A stretch of DNA of 63,217 bases, filler included, from Salisapilia sapeloensis CBS 127946 (taxonomy: Eukaryota; Protista; Oomycota), in assembly GCA_023334545.1 (NCBI GenBank). It is 6 parts of 6 records of this genome, joined end to end, with 100 filler letters (N's around TTAATTAATTAA, not from the genome) between each part and the next. Parts side by side here need not be neighbours in the genome. Positions count along the whole stretch, not along the records: positions 52,383 to 60,985 come from JAADVB010000483.1; positions 61,086 to 63,217 come from JAADVB010000953.1; 4 more parts are not named here. One strand, given 5' to 3'. Below the pieces are notes generated by a model that was not told the origin of the DNA, did no database searches, and was given only the letters and a program-made list of their open reading frames with translations. Both the position numbers and the translations under genes were made by a program. This document shows positions 52,655-63,217 of this stretch, piece by piece (position 1 is the stretch's first letter; each line of letters starts with the position of its first letter).

Positions 52655-55600
52655 TTTTTTGTGTGACAGAGGTTTATTTAAATTATATGCCTCCTTGGAA
52701 TCCCTAAGGATTCGCCCCTATGGGGAGGTTGGTTTGGTTCATTTTGTTGCGGTATCGGTGTGTTGTGTCCAAATGATAATTGACATATAGCCCACGTTAT
52801 ATCCCGATAGCTGGCTGCTGCTAACCAATCTTGAACGCTCCAACGAGGACTCCTACCTGTCGCTTCAAGTTGGTAGAGCATTCGATTCCAGATACTGGAA
52901 GTCGCGCGCTGTCCCGCCCAGTCTGACATGTTGTAAACTTGATTATTTCGTTGGCTCCAACATTGTGCGGCAATGGTCATACAGCCTGCCTGCTAGATCT
53001 TATCAAGAGCTTGATCATGCTCTTCTGTATGAAATTCTGCATATTCCTTCATACGCTCGAGTAGGGACTTTAGTTGCTCCGGGCTTAGACGTTGCCAAAT
53101 AAGCAGACAAGCTTTCTCTGGGTCTTCTTCCAGAAGTCGTTCCAGTCCCCACACCACGCACCAGTACCTCCAGACCGGTCGAATTACGCCACATGTCCAG
53201 AACAGGTGATACCTTGATTCCTGCTCCCGCTTGTACACATCGTATTTACAGGTACGTGGAGTCGCTTCCCCTTGGTAGTGCAGCTTCAACTGGTAAGTGG
53301 ACGGTCTGCACCAAAACCGGTGCTGATAGCTTGTTAATCTTCTTGGCTGATGTCAGATCTGACGAATAGTTTGCTCTCGCAGTTGTTACAGCATTGAGTT
53401 GGAACCGCTCGGGCTTCTATTTTTCCATCATGATATCAAAAGCTGCGATTTGCGTTGTATGCAAAAATGCAAACAACTCCAGTGCATACGACTCCTTTTG
53501 ACTCCGGTGTTTTCCAGCAAGTGCCGGTGAACCCAAAGTTTCTTGGAGACCGGACTCTACAGTGACATCCAGAGCGATCGTTGTTTGGTCGTCTTCTGTT
53601 AACCAATTCCCGCAATCTCTATTCCACACCACTATGTACGACTTTGAAGGGTTGCTGCTTATCCCAGGCCGACTTTGGAGCTTCCTGTCGGCTGCTTGAA
53701 ATCATTCGGGTCCGTACCACCTTGCCGGTGATTGCTGCCAGAGTTCTTCAGTCGTCCACATTTTGGAGTCCTCAGTGTGGTTCTGGAGCACTGCCGACGG
53801 CGTTTGAATGACAGTTAGAGCCACCCATCGTCCCAGTCTTACCGCGCTGATATGTTTCGGAGGGTCGTTATGCGGGATCCTGATCGCATAATTTCCATCT
53901 CCATGGTGTTGTATTTCCAGTTCTGCCAACGTACATGGTCGAAGTGCTACGTAATCTTTGCGCGTGAGGGTTTTACCTGTTGGTGTGCATATCCTTGGAT
54001 CCTCCACCCACGAGCATCGGTTCCAGTTGCTGCTTACCGCTTGGTTACTGGACAGATGCTGTAGTGGCTCCAACCAACGGATATGCAACACGTGTCCTGT
54101 GCAGTCTGATACTACATATGCTGGTAATTTCCATTGGACTCCTTCCTTGCTTTCCGGTCACTCCACCTCACCGGGGAGAATTCAGTGCGAGAATTGTTCC
54201 AAGAGCAACTTTCCACATTCGTACGGGTTCAGCTTGCTTGTCATACGTGTGTTGCGATGACTCGGTCATGGTCTCGGCGTGATCTGGAGCGTCTGTACAA
54301 AGGTAGGTACGTGGACACCACTGAGATCTCTCCAGCATCTCTGATAGATGTCTTCTGGTGCCGTTCCTTATCTCATGGCTTCTCGTGCCGACTGCGTTTG
54401 CATGGCCGCGTCAATGTGACTCAATCCCGCCCCTCCTCGCTATTTAGGCATGAAGAGGATGGAAAGTGGCAGTTGGTGACGACCTGGGCTGATTTTCGGT
54501 GTCAGGTTCCATAAAAATTCTTTTGAATGTTCAGCAGTTGTATCCGATGTGCCCTGGACGGTCTGACCCATTTCACTGTATAGAGGATGCTGGGTAGAAA
54601 GATGCTATTCAGTAAAGCGATTCGACCTGGTATACGGTTAGTTGCCTTCCCTGCACAACATAATCGTCGGCGCACATGTTCAATCCGTTTTCCCCAATTT
54701 GCTTCTTCCGTGCCTTTCAGACCGATTTGAATGCCCAGATACCTGGTCGTTTCATTCGGGTCCAATCTTGGGATTCCATGAAACTGAGATCCCACTACTG
54801 CAGTGTCGAGCGGGATATGCACACTCTTCTTGGGTTGAATTTTCAATCCCGCTAAAGTTGCAAATCTACGCAAGTGTTGAAGCCCTTTAGGTAGATCGTC
54901 GCCTCTCTCTAGGAAGATGGCTGTACCATCCACGAAGGAGGACACTTTATGGTCCTCTGTGCAGGTTGTCGACGCTCTGATACCAGTCACCTCTGGGTCT
55001 GTTGACAGCGCTTCTCCTAACATTTCGACCACAAGCAAGAAAATCAGTGGCACCAATGGGCAACCCTGTTTTATACCTGAAGTGATGGTTATGCTATTCG
55101 AGAGATGCTTATTGACCTTAAACACTGCAGGCGTACATTGGTGCATTGTCTCAACGACCTGCTCGAATTGTTTTGGTAAGCCTACTTGGTGAACCGCAGC
55201 CAATAAGAAGGTCCGGTCCACTGAGTCGTAGGCCTTCCGAAAATCAAGCAAGGTAACACTAGAACTCTTCTCCATCGTCCGCTTAGGATCTCGATATTTC
55301 TTCGTCAGCACCCGCTGCATTAGGATGAGTGAGCGGCTAATCTGTCGGCCCCGGACGAATCATTGATGGCGCGGATGCACCAGTGAGTTCAGCACACTTT
55401 GAAGTTGTTCAGCTTAGATTATTGCGTAAGCCTTATATACAGATTGTAGAAGCGAGATGGGCCGGCAATCGAGGGGATTGGGTGAATCCCCATTTTCCTG
55501 AGCGGCAAGATCATCGCTTCTTGGAGTCGAGTTGGCAGCTTTGCCTCATGTGTCCACTGATGAAAGTGGACCAGCAGTACTGGCGCCAATTGTTCCGCAT

Positions 55601-58600
55601 AATCTTGATAAAAGTTGTTTGCGATTCCGTCCGTGCTTGCCGCCTTGTGCTTGGATAAATGTTTGATCGCATACCGAACTTCCTCCAGATCGATCGGTCG
55701 TATTAGACGCTCCTGTTCTGTGCTACTTAGCCGTTGAGTCGAAGGCCCAACCCACTGCCCAACGCCTCTTGTACTTCTTCTTGCGTTAGGCTGTGTGGTC
55801 GATGATTTAAAATGGGAGATCAGGCTGTCGCCATCAGTTTGGCTATTTGCTGACTTTCCATTGCCGTCCTACCCTGTAAGCGTATGTCCGTTTCTTTCTG
55901 GTTCGCTTCCCACGCCGATACTCACTGGTAGAAGTGCCGGACATAATTCGGATGTTGTGTGAGATAGTCACCAAATCGAGCTTGAGCAATAGCTCTGCGT
56001 GTCGTTTCTTGCTGATGAAGGTGCTCCTACCAGCTAGAAATTTTTGCATGATAAATTGCTCGTCTCTGCCGTCGACGTCGCACCCGCCGACGTGCTGCTT
56101 TACTATCGTGCCGCTGAATGGCATAAAGGTCTTTTTTCGTGATTTCCCACAATTGCGGATGCTCATCACCCAAGGTTCGTTCTGCCCAAAGCGTGAGCGC
56201 ATCTTGAAGACGCCTCTTGATTGTGTCTGGGTTAGCACTTGGGATGGGATAGACGGCTGGTTGCGGGCCTGTAGACCTACAATACGGCTCCATGATAGCA
56301 ATGTGGAGGATTACCATCGTATGATCCGTCATCACTGCCGAAGACATGTTATCGAGGCTACGAACTTCTCATTCCGGGGGCACTTTATAATAGAATCTAT
56401 CAAGTCTGCTAACACTCTTCTGGCGCCAATCGGTGAAGCGTTTGAGCGGATCTCTCCAGTCCTGTTCAGCCACATCGGTTTCCAGGAAGATGGCATCCGC
56501 AAGTTTGTGCTTGACTGTCAGCTGTTGAAGAGCTTGACTTTCGGGGGTCTGTCCAGCACGTCGCTTCGGTCGCAGTCGATCCACTGCTGGATTGAGCACA
56601 CTGAAGTCGCCTCCAAATATGCATGCTTCTGTGTGTGGTAATGACTCGCTCAAAGTTTGATACACCATTTCTTGTAATGGTCCTCGCTGTGACCCATAGG
56701 TGTTCACGATCAAAAAGGAGTTACAGCGAACCGCCAGAACATGTCCCGGGATGGTGAGGGACGGTTCAGGAGCTACGGTCGCGTCAAAGGTTGGAGCGAC
56801 TAGGATGCCTACACCAGCGACATATCGCGACCTCCCGGACCAGAACGCTAGCGTCATACTGGAAGCTGCCATTCCCCCAATATGTTTCCAATGGCTTCCC
56901 ACTGCTTGTCGCTCGTCTTCCGAGAGACAGTGAGTTTCTTGCAAAAGGAGTATATGCGGGCGTTGTGCCTTGGCTAAGGATTTCCAAGCTTCCATCCATT
57001 TATGCCGATGCTTTATGGTAAAGCCTCGGACATTCTGGGTAGCAATAGTCATTTTTGTTTCAAATGGTCGGGACGGCTTCCATGAGGGCCCACTGTCTTC
57101 ATAGAAGTCTGCATTAAGGTGAAGGTATTGGGCAAAGAGGTCTTCGAGACCTCTGCCCTGGCCACGTGTGGAGATCATGACGGTTATTGGGAGCTTGGAA
57201 TGCCTGATGCCGAGGCAGCAAACCGCGTCCTTAACCATAGATCTAATCCACTCCACTGCCTACTCGATATTGCCAAGTTTACGGCATCCTGTAACTCAGA
57301 GGTTGCCGCGTATAGATGGTGCATCTGCACTAGTGTTCTCCATGGTTCTCTATAGAGGTTAATATCACTCGCATACATGCGATTAAAATCTTGTTCATAG
57401 TTTCCAATGGTAATCAACCAGAACGCCAATTCCTCCGGTTTAATGTTTCCGCATCACTTGAGAATGCCTCCATTAGGCAGCTCGTAGGCCGCGGGAGTAC
57501 GACAGAGCTGAGGAAGAATCCCAAAGACCATAGGCTGTTCCTGTTCCAGAATGAGCTATGTTTCCGTGGATTTCATCTTCTTTTTCAGTGCTGGATCCGC
57601 GTTGGTTTTATTGCACAGACAGAGAATATCCCCAAACAAGAATTGGGTCATCAATCTGCTGCTATACAATTGCTGTGCTGTGCTGAGGCGATTGAGGGCA
57701 TTTGAAGGTAGCAGAAACGATCAGAGAAAGTGGGAAAGTTGCAGGCTCTCCCTACAACAGATACGCTACAAAGCCCCCACCGGTGCTGAGAACTTTGGGA
57801 AGGGTTCCAGTGAGTCAGACTTCCATAGCTTTTGATGCTCATTCCAGTATGCGACCATATCCTCCCACGAATCTACTCTGAGCGATTTCTTCTCTAATCG
57901 CGGTGCGAGTCCCAGCCGTCCCTCTTGGAAATGCCGGCCAATATTGACTAGTGGGTCCGGCGGGTCACTTATTTGCGAGAGAGTAAATTCACTGTCCTCT
58001 TGACTAGCGGTAGTGGACTGAGTGACCGCCTCCATTGTCATGAGGCTATGCGATATAATATCCAGTTTATATTGTCGTAACTTATGCCGTGGTACATCAA
58101 GTGGTGGCTGAGTGGACTTTCTTGCGGATCGTTTAGATCCGTTTTGAGTATCCATTCCATATCTTCCGGGGATAGTATTTCGAAAAGCGGATGAGATGAT
58201 ACATCTATGTTTTGATGGTCAAATCTGTCCATCGCCTCATCATCGTCGTCTTCGTCCTCGTGCTCCTCCTCTTCGTTCTCATCCATGTCTATTTCAATAT
58301 CCTGATCGTGCCACTCCATTGATGTGGTGTCCACAACTTGATCCTTCTGCTGCGCCTTTCGTGGCTCCCAAATTGTGCTGGTGAAGTGGTTCGTCTGGAA
58401 GACGAGTACTAGCGGTGGGGCTTGGCTGAGGCTCTGGCCTACCGAGAAAGCTAACTCCAATTCTTCCAGCCAATGGTCCATGGCTATGATTTTCTCTTTC
58501 GCCAATCCAATCACCGTCCCATTGATCTTTACCGTGGCCAGGTAAAACTTTTCAAAGTAGAGCTGGGGAAGGTCAGACGATGCATTGATCACATAGATCG

Positions 58601-59457
58601 GTCGGTAGAGCAGTTTCGTGGCGATTAACAGCGTGTCGATATTGCCCCAGGAGTAAAGGGACAACGGAAGTGCGTTTTTTCGCTGACGTGGCAAGCTGTG
58701 AAACATATTGGTTGAAACAACGAAGCGAATCTTCAGCCGATGTGACTATAACTGGGAACTTTTGGGTTTCGAGCAGAATAGGTCGCTTTGAGTCCGGAAA
58801 TTCAAGCTCTTGATGATAATGGAAGCCAGCTATGATGCCACATTGGAGAAGCCGGAGCCGCTCTTCCATGATTACCTCATTGTCTGCCATAACATCTTCC
58901 CAGTTGTAAAGTCCCTGCAAGATGGCCATGTACTGGCAATTGCCATTACTAAGTGTTACAGTTTGGCGCATACCAGTTGCTACCAGCACCTCCTCAAGCG
59001 TACTGGTCTCCGATAACAGGGTGCTTAGCTGGGCTGGACCTTTGCCGTGATAATCTGAAGTTGTAACGGGAAGTTGCATGCATGTATCCCAAGCTGGGGT
59101 AACATTCCGGATCTTCAAGTGGGTCCTTGTATTGGAGCATGTGATGCATATACAAAGGTACGAGGAACATGAATGGCCGTTAGACCTTTCCATACTAAGC
59201 TGAAGATTAAGGAGATTGTATTAGGATTTAGTAGGTATATAGAAACTCAAAGTCTAGTAGTCTGATTAAAGCTAAATACAATCAGTTCTCATTTTGCTTT
59301 CTAAAGCACAAGTGTCTTCCACACCTTCCGTACTTTTAGTATCAGAGCTTCATACTCCGCGTTTTACGCTTCCCTAACGTTGAAAGGGCTATCGTTGTGA
59401 CTTCCGTCACACCCCAGGGGCCGCACCCGCAGCCGCTGTTGCTGCTGTGTCCGCCAT
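52655..59457 (-). mobile_element. Near-full-length but inactivated non-LTR retrotransposon (L1/Tx1-like, APE-RT) with OTU-domain ORF1
   Basis: ORF2 from ATG 57052: APE endonuclease (TQNVRG, LLLQETH, IFGGDF, SRLDRFY) and RT (LLDFRKAYDSVD, GIKQGCPL.PLIF, FVDG in place of YADD, YLGI). It ends with a C-terminal ES..HLFW.C motif, AATAAA and a short A-tail at 52655-52660. Many stops and frameshifts. ORF1 remnants lie at about 57060-59457. Confidence 0.93.
59062..59411 (+). mobile_element. Solo LTR candidate inserted in LINE ORF1
   Basis: Begins TGTAACGGG and ends CCGTCACA. AT-rich centre with AAGTGTCTTCC. It interrupts ORF1 upstream of the OTU domain. No matching 5-bp TSD (GAAGT vs CCCCA). Confidence 0.6.
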
Positions 59458-59489
59458 GGTCGGTGAAAGAACTGCAAAGTGCTACCAGG

Positions 59490-59726
59490 TGTCACGGGAC
59501 TCTTGCTACCCATGACTGACTTACACGTGCGTTGTGGGGAAGACGCTTTAAGACTAGAAGTGATGTTGATTTGGTAATTTAGATCTTCTTGCAGATCCTT
59601 TCGGACTACAAGTACTACATATACCTTGTATGAGAGAAATGGCAGGTCATTTAAACACGTACCAACTAAGAACCAAAGTAAAGGTAAAGTAGTGCTAGCC
59701 TAAAGTAACGGTAGAAGTCTGTTACA
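59490..59726 (-). mobile_element. Second solo LTR candidate (opposite orientation)
   Basis: On the minus strand it begins TGTAAC and ends GTGACA, and shares AAGCGTCTTCC with the first LTR. No clean TSD. Confidence 0.55.
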
Positions 59727-59729
59727 GGT

Positions 59730-60636
59730 TATCCACAAAGGCAAGTGAATAGGAGTATATGACAACATCACTATCGCTCTGGATGCCTCCCTAAGTTCAG
59801 GACTGCAACAGGTGCTGGGACTACCCGCCTTAGCGCCCACATCGCAACACAAGCAAAAATCATGCCAGAAGGAGCTTCAACAATACTTCCACCAACCGTA
59901 TCTAACAGCGCTGGCACTGATCAAAGAGAGATTGCAAATGATGGCTGCAAACTCATCTGTATTAGCGGCGATGCAAACGCAAACGATCCAGGAAGTACGG
60001 AATCAATCCATGGATACCACACCGTACCAAGCGTGGTTCTGGTACCGACCGGCGTACAATCGACTCAGCCTCCATTACCGGGATGAATCCAGTCCGCGAC
60101 TGTGTCTGTATGATGCATTCAGCAGTCAGACCGAATCTCTGGATAACATCATTAGGATTACTCGGTGGCCAGCAACCTATGGCAACGATGAGCAAAGATT
60201 TGGGACCTGGATCGACTGATCGTGAGCTCTCCTATCGACGAGTTTCGATTGGTTAGTCGCCTCTCAGAAGCCACCCCAAACGACAGATACCCTCCTTCAC
60301 CACGTCGTACAGTACGCAGGAGTATTTACCGATAACCACCTTGCTAATATAACGGAGATCTGGAAGCTCGGATGCACCATCGTAGCAGTACACTGCTGGA
60401 ACCGAAGGAATGACAATCTGTACCGTACACAAGTCTGGAATGGCACACATACGGCAGTGACCACATGGTGCAATATCCTCACTCAACTGAGAGTCATAGA
60501 ACGGAGTCCGCGATGGAATCAACAAGGCCAAATAACACCATCAAGTTACAGAGACATCACAACCGCATAGTGGGCGGGCCTTAACGGACTCCAAAGAATA
60601 AAAAGCAAGTCTATTTTACTCTTTGTCACAAAAAAA
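59730..60636 (+). mobile_element. 5'-truncated LINE copy of a related subfamily (ORF2 C-terminus)
   Basis: TIALDASLSSGLQQVLGLPAL vs TIALDVTVESGLQETLGSPAL; LHYRDESSPRLC.YD vs LHYQGEATPRTC.YD; CWNRRND..ERSPRW..SYRDIT vs CWSQRNN..GRSPRW..SYRDIT. Ends AATAAA..TGTCACAAAAAAA. Confidence 0.88.
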
Positions 60637-60792
60637 TAACGCTATATCGAAAACATATTATAATAGTGATAGTGAGTGCGAGCGGCAAATAACCTCTACG
60701 GCTGCATCACACTAAAACGTCACCGCGAACGAAACAAACTGTCCATCAATGCAAACTTATTAATTCAATTTTTATACAATAAAAACATCATG

Positions 60793-60985
60793 TTACTCCT
60801 CTTCCTTCCAGCCCACATTCGTTACGTCATCCTGTCGGAGTCGAAGTTCAGTCATCTTCAGCCATGCTAGCTGACGATCACGCTCGCGGTCTTTCAGATC
60901 GAGTTCCACTGAGCTAGTCCTCCACACACGCTCAATCATCATGTCCCATTCCTCTGAATCCGTCGAAGCACCTCGCATGATGGAA
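60793..60985 (-). CDS. 3' end of a gene, probably the C-terminus of the START-like gene across the gap
   Basis: Open frame from the gap to a stop, ending DRQLAWLKMTELRLRQDDVTNVGWKEEE*. Same strand as 61086-61382 and directly downstream of it. Confidence 0.45.
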
Positions 60986-61085
60986 NNNNNNNNNNNNNNN
61001 NNNNNNNNNNNNNNNNNNNNNNNNNNNNNTTAATTAATTAANNNNNNNNNNNNNNNNNNNNNNNNNNNNNNNNNNNNNNNNNNNN
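60986..61085. other. Assembly gap with six-frame-stop linker
   Basis: N-run, TTAATTAATTAA, N-run. Confidence 0.99.
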
Positions 61086-61382
61086 TGCTATCGTTCCGGT
61101 GCCAACGATGACACGAGGCATTTGCCAGCCAGCGCTGCCGGTATACGAATCTTTCACGACGCGCCGAGATGGATGCCGCTCTCGGTACATGGTCATATCT
61201 TTGGATGTCTTGATCGGCTTCCAGCGCCTACTATCAAGTCCGCGAGGAACGGATTGATCGTACTCTCGGAAGTTTCGAATTGCTTCATGGACGAGTATCA
61301 TCGCGATGTGCTTGCAATCAGCTTTCTTTTCCTCCGATAGGTGAAAGCCTTGATACGCATCGGCTGTCCAATGCGACGCCAT
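61086..61382 (-). CDS. Oomycete START-like (START/FYVE family) protein, copy A, 5' part
   Basis: MASHW..FHLSEEKKADCKHIAMILVHEAI..LDSRRWKPIKTSKDMTMYRER..MPRVIVGTGTIA fits the L.LS..A..LV..VD..RWK..K...VY.ER..P.LL.VGTI pattern of this family. Confidence 0.7.
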
Positions 61383-62920
61383 CGGTTACGTAGCTGCAAG
61401 TATGCTGATTTGGGAATGATCTGAAGGAGCAATGTCAATCAATCAATCAGGTGAAGACGATACAGTAGTAAACGTGTCTGACGTGCGATGTATACTGCCC
61501 TTTCTGAGCCCTTTGGCTTGCCTTCTGCTAATTTTTATGTTATGTACATTAGGCAAAGGCAAGGGTGTAGGAGCATGTTTAGAGGTTCGTGATTATCCGA
61601 CCACGATCTTGATCTGTGCTGACTTTGATAGCACCATAGCAAATGACGTCTGCAAAATGCAGAAGTCGAATGTAGATTGCTGAGGGTGATGGATTCATTC
61701 GGCGAGCAAACGACATCCCGTCATGAAGGTCACTTGATATTCTCGTGTCCTTTAATTGGAGACGTCTTTGTAAGTTGCAAGGGGATAGGAGCAAGTCCCA
61801 CTCGGACTTCTGATAACGATGAGGGCGTTGTCGGACTGTTCGAAATTACTCATCGATCGTGCGACGCTACAGCCGAAACTGGCATGTAGATACCATAGCG
61901 CGAGTACAAAGCGGTATTAGCAGTAAGACCTTCTCAAGCAAACGGACTATTCTTCTTAGCAATTGAAATAACGGTGATTTATGTTGTAATTATTAAGACA
62001 GCGAAATTATTGGACCGGACATTTAACTCAGTATTTCGACGCGATGGTGTATAGCCCAGTCGAGTATGAACACACCCTGGTCGAAAGACTTACCTAGTTT
62101 TATTGCAGTGGTAGCGACTTTCGTTTTGGTCCTTGGCATGCAGTTTGCCTTCGCAAGTCCATGCTGTAAGAGTACCGCGCACTGTGCTGTAGGGTGTCGA
62201 CAACTCGCACTTCCATCCCGTTTAATGGATGAACTATAATCAATCTTTGCATCATTTTTGGCGTCCTGTAAGCTTATACTGTCTCAGTCCAATATGCTGT
62301 AAGCGTTGAGAATGTCATGGCTTTAAGTTTCCACCAGATCCGAAAAACTGGGTTACCAGTAATCTAGTTGGAATCTCATGCTATACCCCTATTTTGTCAT
62401 TTTCCTCGACTGTATCTCCACGGGATCTCCACGGGCGACCGCAGGCGCAGAGCACAAAGTGATGGGCACGATACGACTCGGTTACTCATCTTTTAAGTTT
62501 ACCATCTTCAGTACGCACCAGCCCGATTCTCCTGCAAGCTACCGGCATCATTTCCATGTTCTTCAAAATAATTGGAATGACTTTCAATGGTTCCAAAGGT
62601 AGATGCAAACTAGGATAGTTATCTCCAGCGAGACTATCTTTATATCAAAAAGGACCAATGTTGCTTTCCCAAGTGCCCATACAACAGATACTGAGTAATA
62701 TTGCGATGGGACCTTCACGAACCTACGAAGTTTAGCTACATCGACCATTTTCTGTCCAAGATGTGCTACCGTATCTGCCATGAGGGCATCAATTTGACAG
62801 AAGCGACGGTGTTTGAAGCACGCCAGACGCGACTACCGACGTAACGCCTCCACCTATCAAACCGACGTCCATGCCTCCGAGGCATTCTCAAATTTGCAGG
62901 CCAGTACTATCGCCACAGCC

Positions 62921-63217
62921 ATGACTTCACATTGGACAGCCGATGCGTATCAAGGCTTTCACCTATCGGAGGAAAAGAAAGCTGATTGCAAGCACATCGC
63001 GATGATACTCGTCCATGAAGCAATTCGCCATCATCAAAAATATGATCGCTCGGTACCCCGGGAATTGGACGCTCAACGCTGGAAGCCGATCAAGACATCC
63101 AAAGATATGACCATGTACCGAGAGCGGCATCCATCTCGGCGCGTCGTGAAAGATTCGTATACCGGCAGCGCTGGCTGGCAAATGCCTCGTGTCATCGTTG
63201 GCACCGGAACGATAGCA
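62921..63217 (+). CDS. Oomycete START-like (START/FYVE family) protein, copy B, 5' part (runs off the window)
   Basis: Inverted near-identical paralogue of 61086-61382; MTSHWTADAYQG..VGTGTIA. Confidence 0.7.
   Translation, partial: MTSHWTADAYQGFHLSEEKKADCKHIAMILVHEAIRHHQKYDRSVPRELDAQRWKPIKTSKDMTMYRERHPSRRVVKDSYTGSAGWQMPRVIVGTGTIA

Noticed and set aside
58573-59193. Cys-rich N-terminus MERSNGHSCSSYLCICITC of the listed ORF as a zinc finger
   Set aside because: This part is the antisense reading of the inserted LTR, not ORF1 sequence.
59337-59348. TAGTATCAGAGC resembling a tRNA-iMet primer-binding site (TGGTATCAGAGC)
   Set aside because: It has a mismatch, is not preceded by a CA LTR end, lies inside the candidate solo LTR, and no gag follows.
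30443-61085. Repeated TTAATTAATTAA palindrome within N-runs, and ORFs ending XXXLIN
   Set aside because: Artificial 100-nt scaffold spacer with stops in all six frames, not biological. Adjacency across these gaps is less certain than within contigs.
61400-62900. Short ORFs in the spacer between the inverted START-like genes
   Set aside because: No recognisable motifs or consistent reading frame; treated as promoter or decayed sequence.
1-63217. rRNA, tRNA or spliceosomal snRNA genes; non-canonical introns
   Set aside because: None recognised by eye; all introns I could reconstruct were GT-AG. tRNAscan-SE and Infernal would be needed to exclude them formally.

Overview
Gene-dense eukaryotic genomic DNA with short (about 45-110 nt) GT-AG introns, most likely from a flagellated oomycete-type stramenopile. 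This is inferred from PX-PH phospholipase D, START/FYVE-type genes, TKL kinase style, DAW1/ODA16 and a KIF12-like kinesin. Five 100-nt spacers (N43-44-TTAATTAATTAA-N44-45) mark assembly gaps. 1-27.2 kb is a tightly packed core block: IQCC-like, PFKFB-like, kinesin, RNF126-like E3, PP2A-A, triple-PH/PDZ protein, PLD, GT90 glycosyltransferase with an RS tail, Vps36, DAW1, Rab8, a PDK1-like kinase fused to a CPPED1-like domain, and a type I membrane protein. 27.3-44.8 kb mixes repeat-rich accessory DNA (LINE 3' fragment, foldback element, dispersed repeat, ankyrin gene plus pseudogene, TKL-C2 kinase, Gly/Ala/Asp repeat protein) with a small core island (Tom5-like micro-ORF, RPAC1, cytochrome c1). 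44.9-52.3 kb holds a Tudor/EF-hand/4xPUB protein and a PH-INPP4-like gene. 52.4-60.6 kb is a nest of decayed transposons centred on an L1/Tx1-like LINE whose ORF1 carries an OTU protease domain. The window ends with an inverted pair of START-like paralogues showing patchy homogenisation. Best leads: the OTU-bearing LINE, the signal-less GT90-RS protein, the 4xPUB protein, the kinase-pseudophosphatase fusion, the membrane-anchored kinase-only PFK2, the Tom5-like ORF missed by the ORF track, and the inverted gene pair. All assignments come from manual motif recognition and hand translation; no searches were run.
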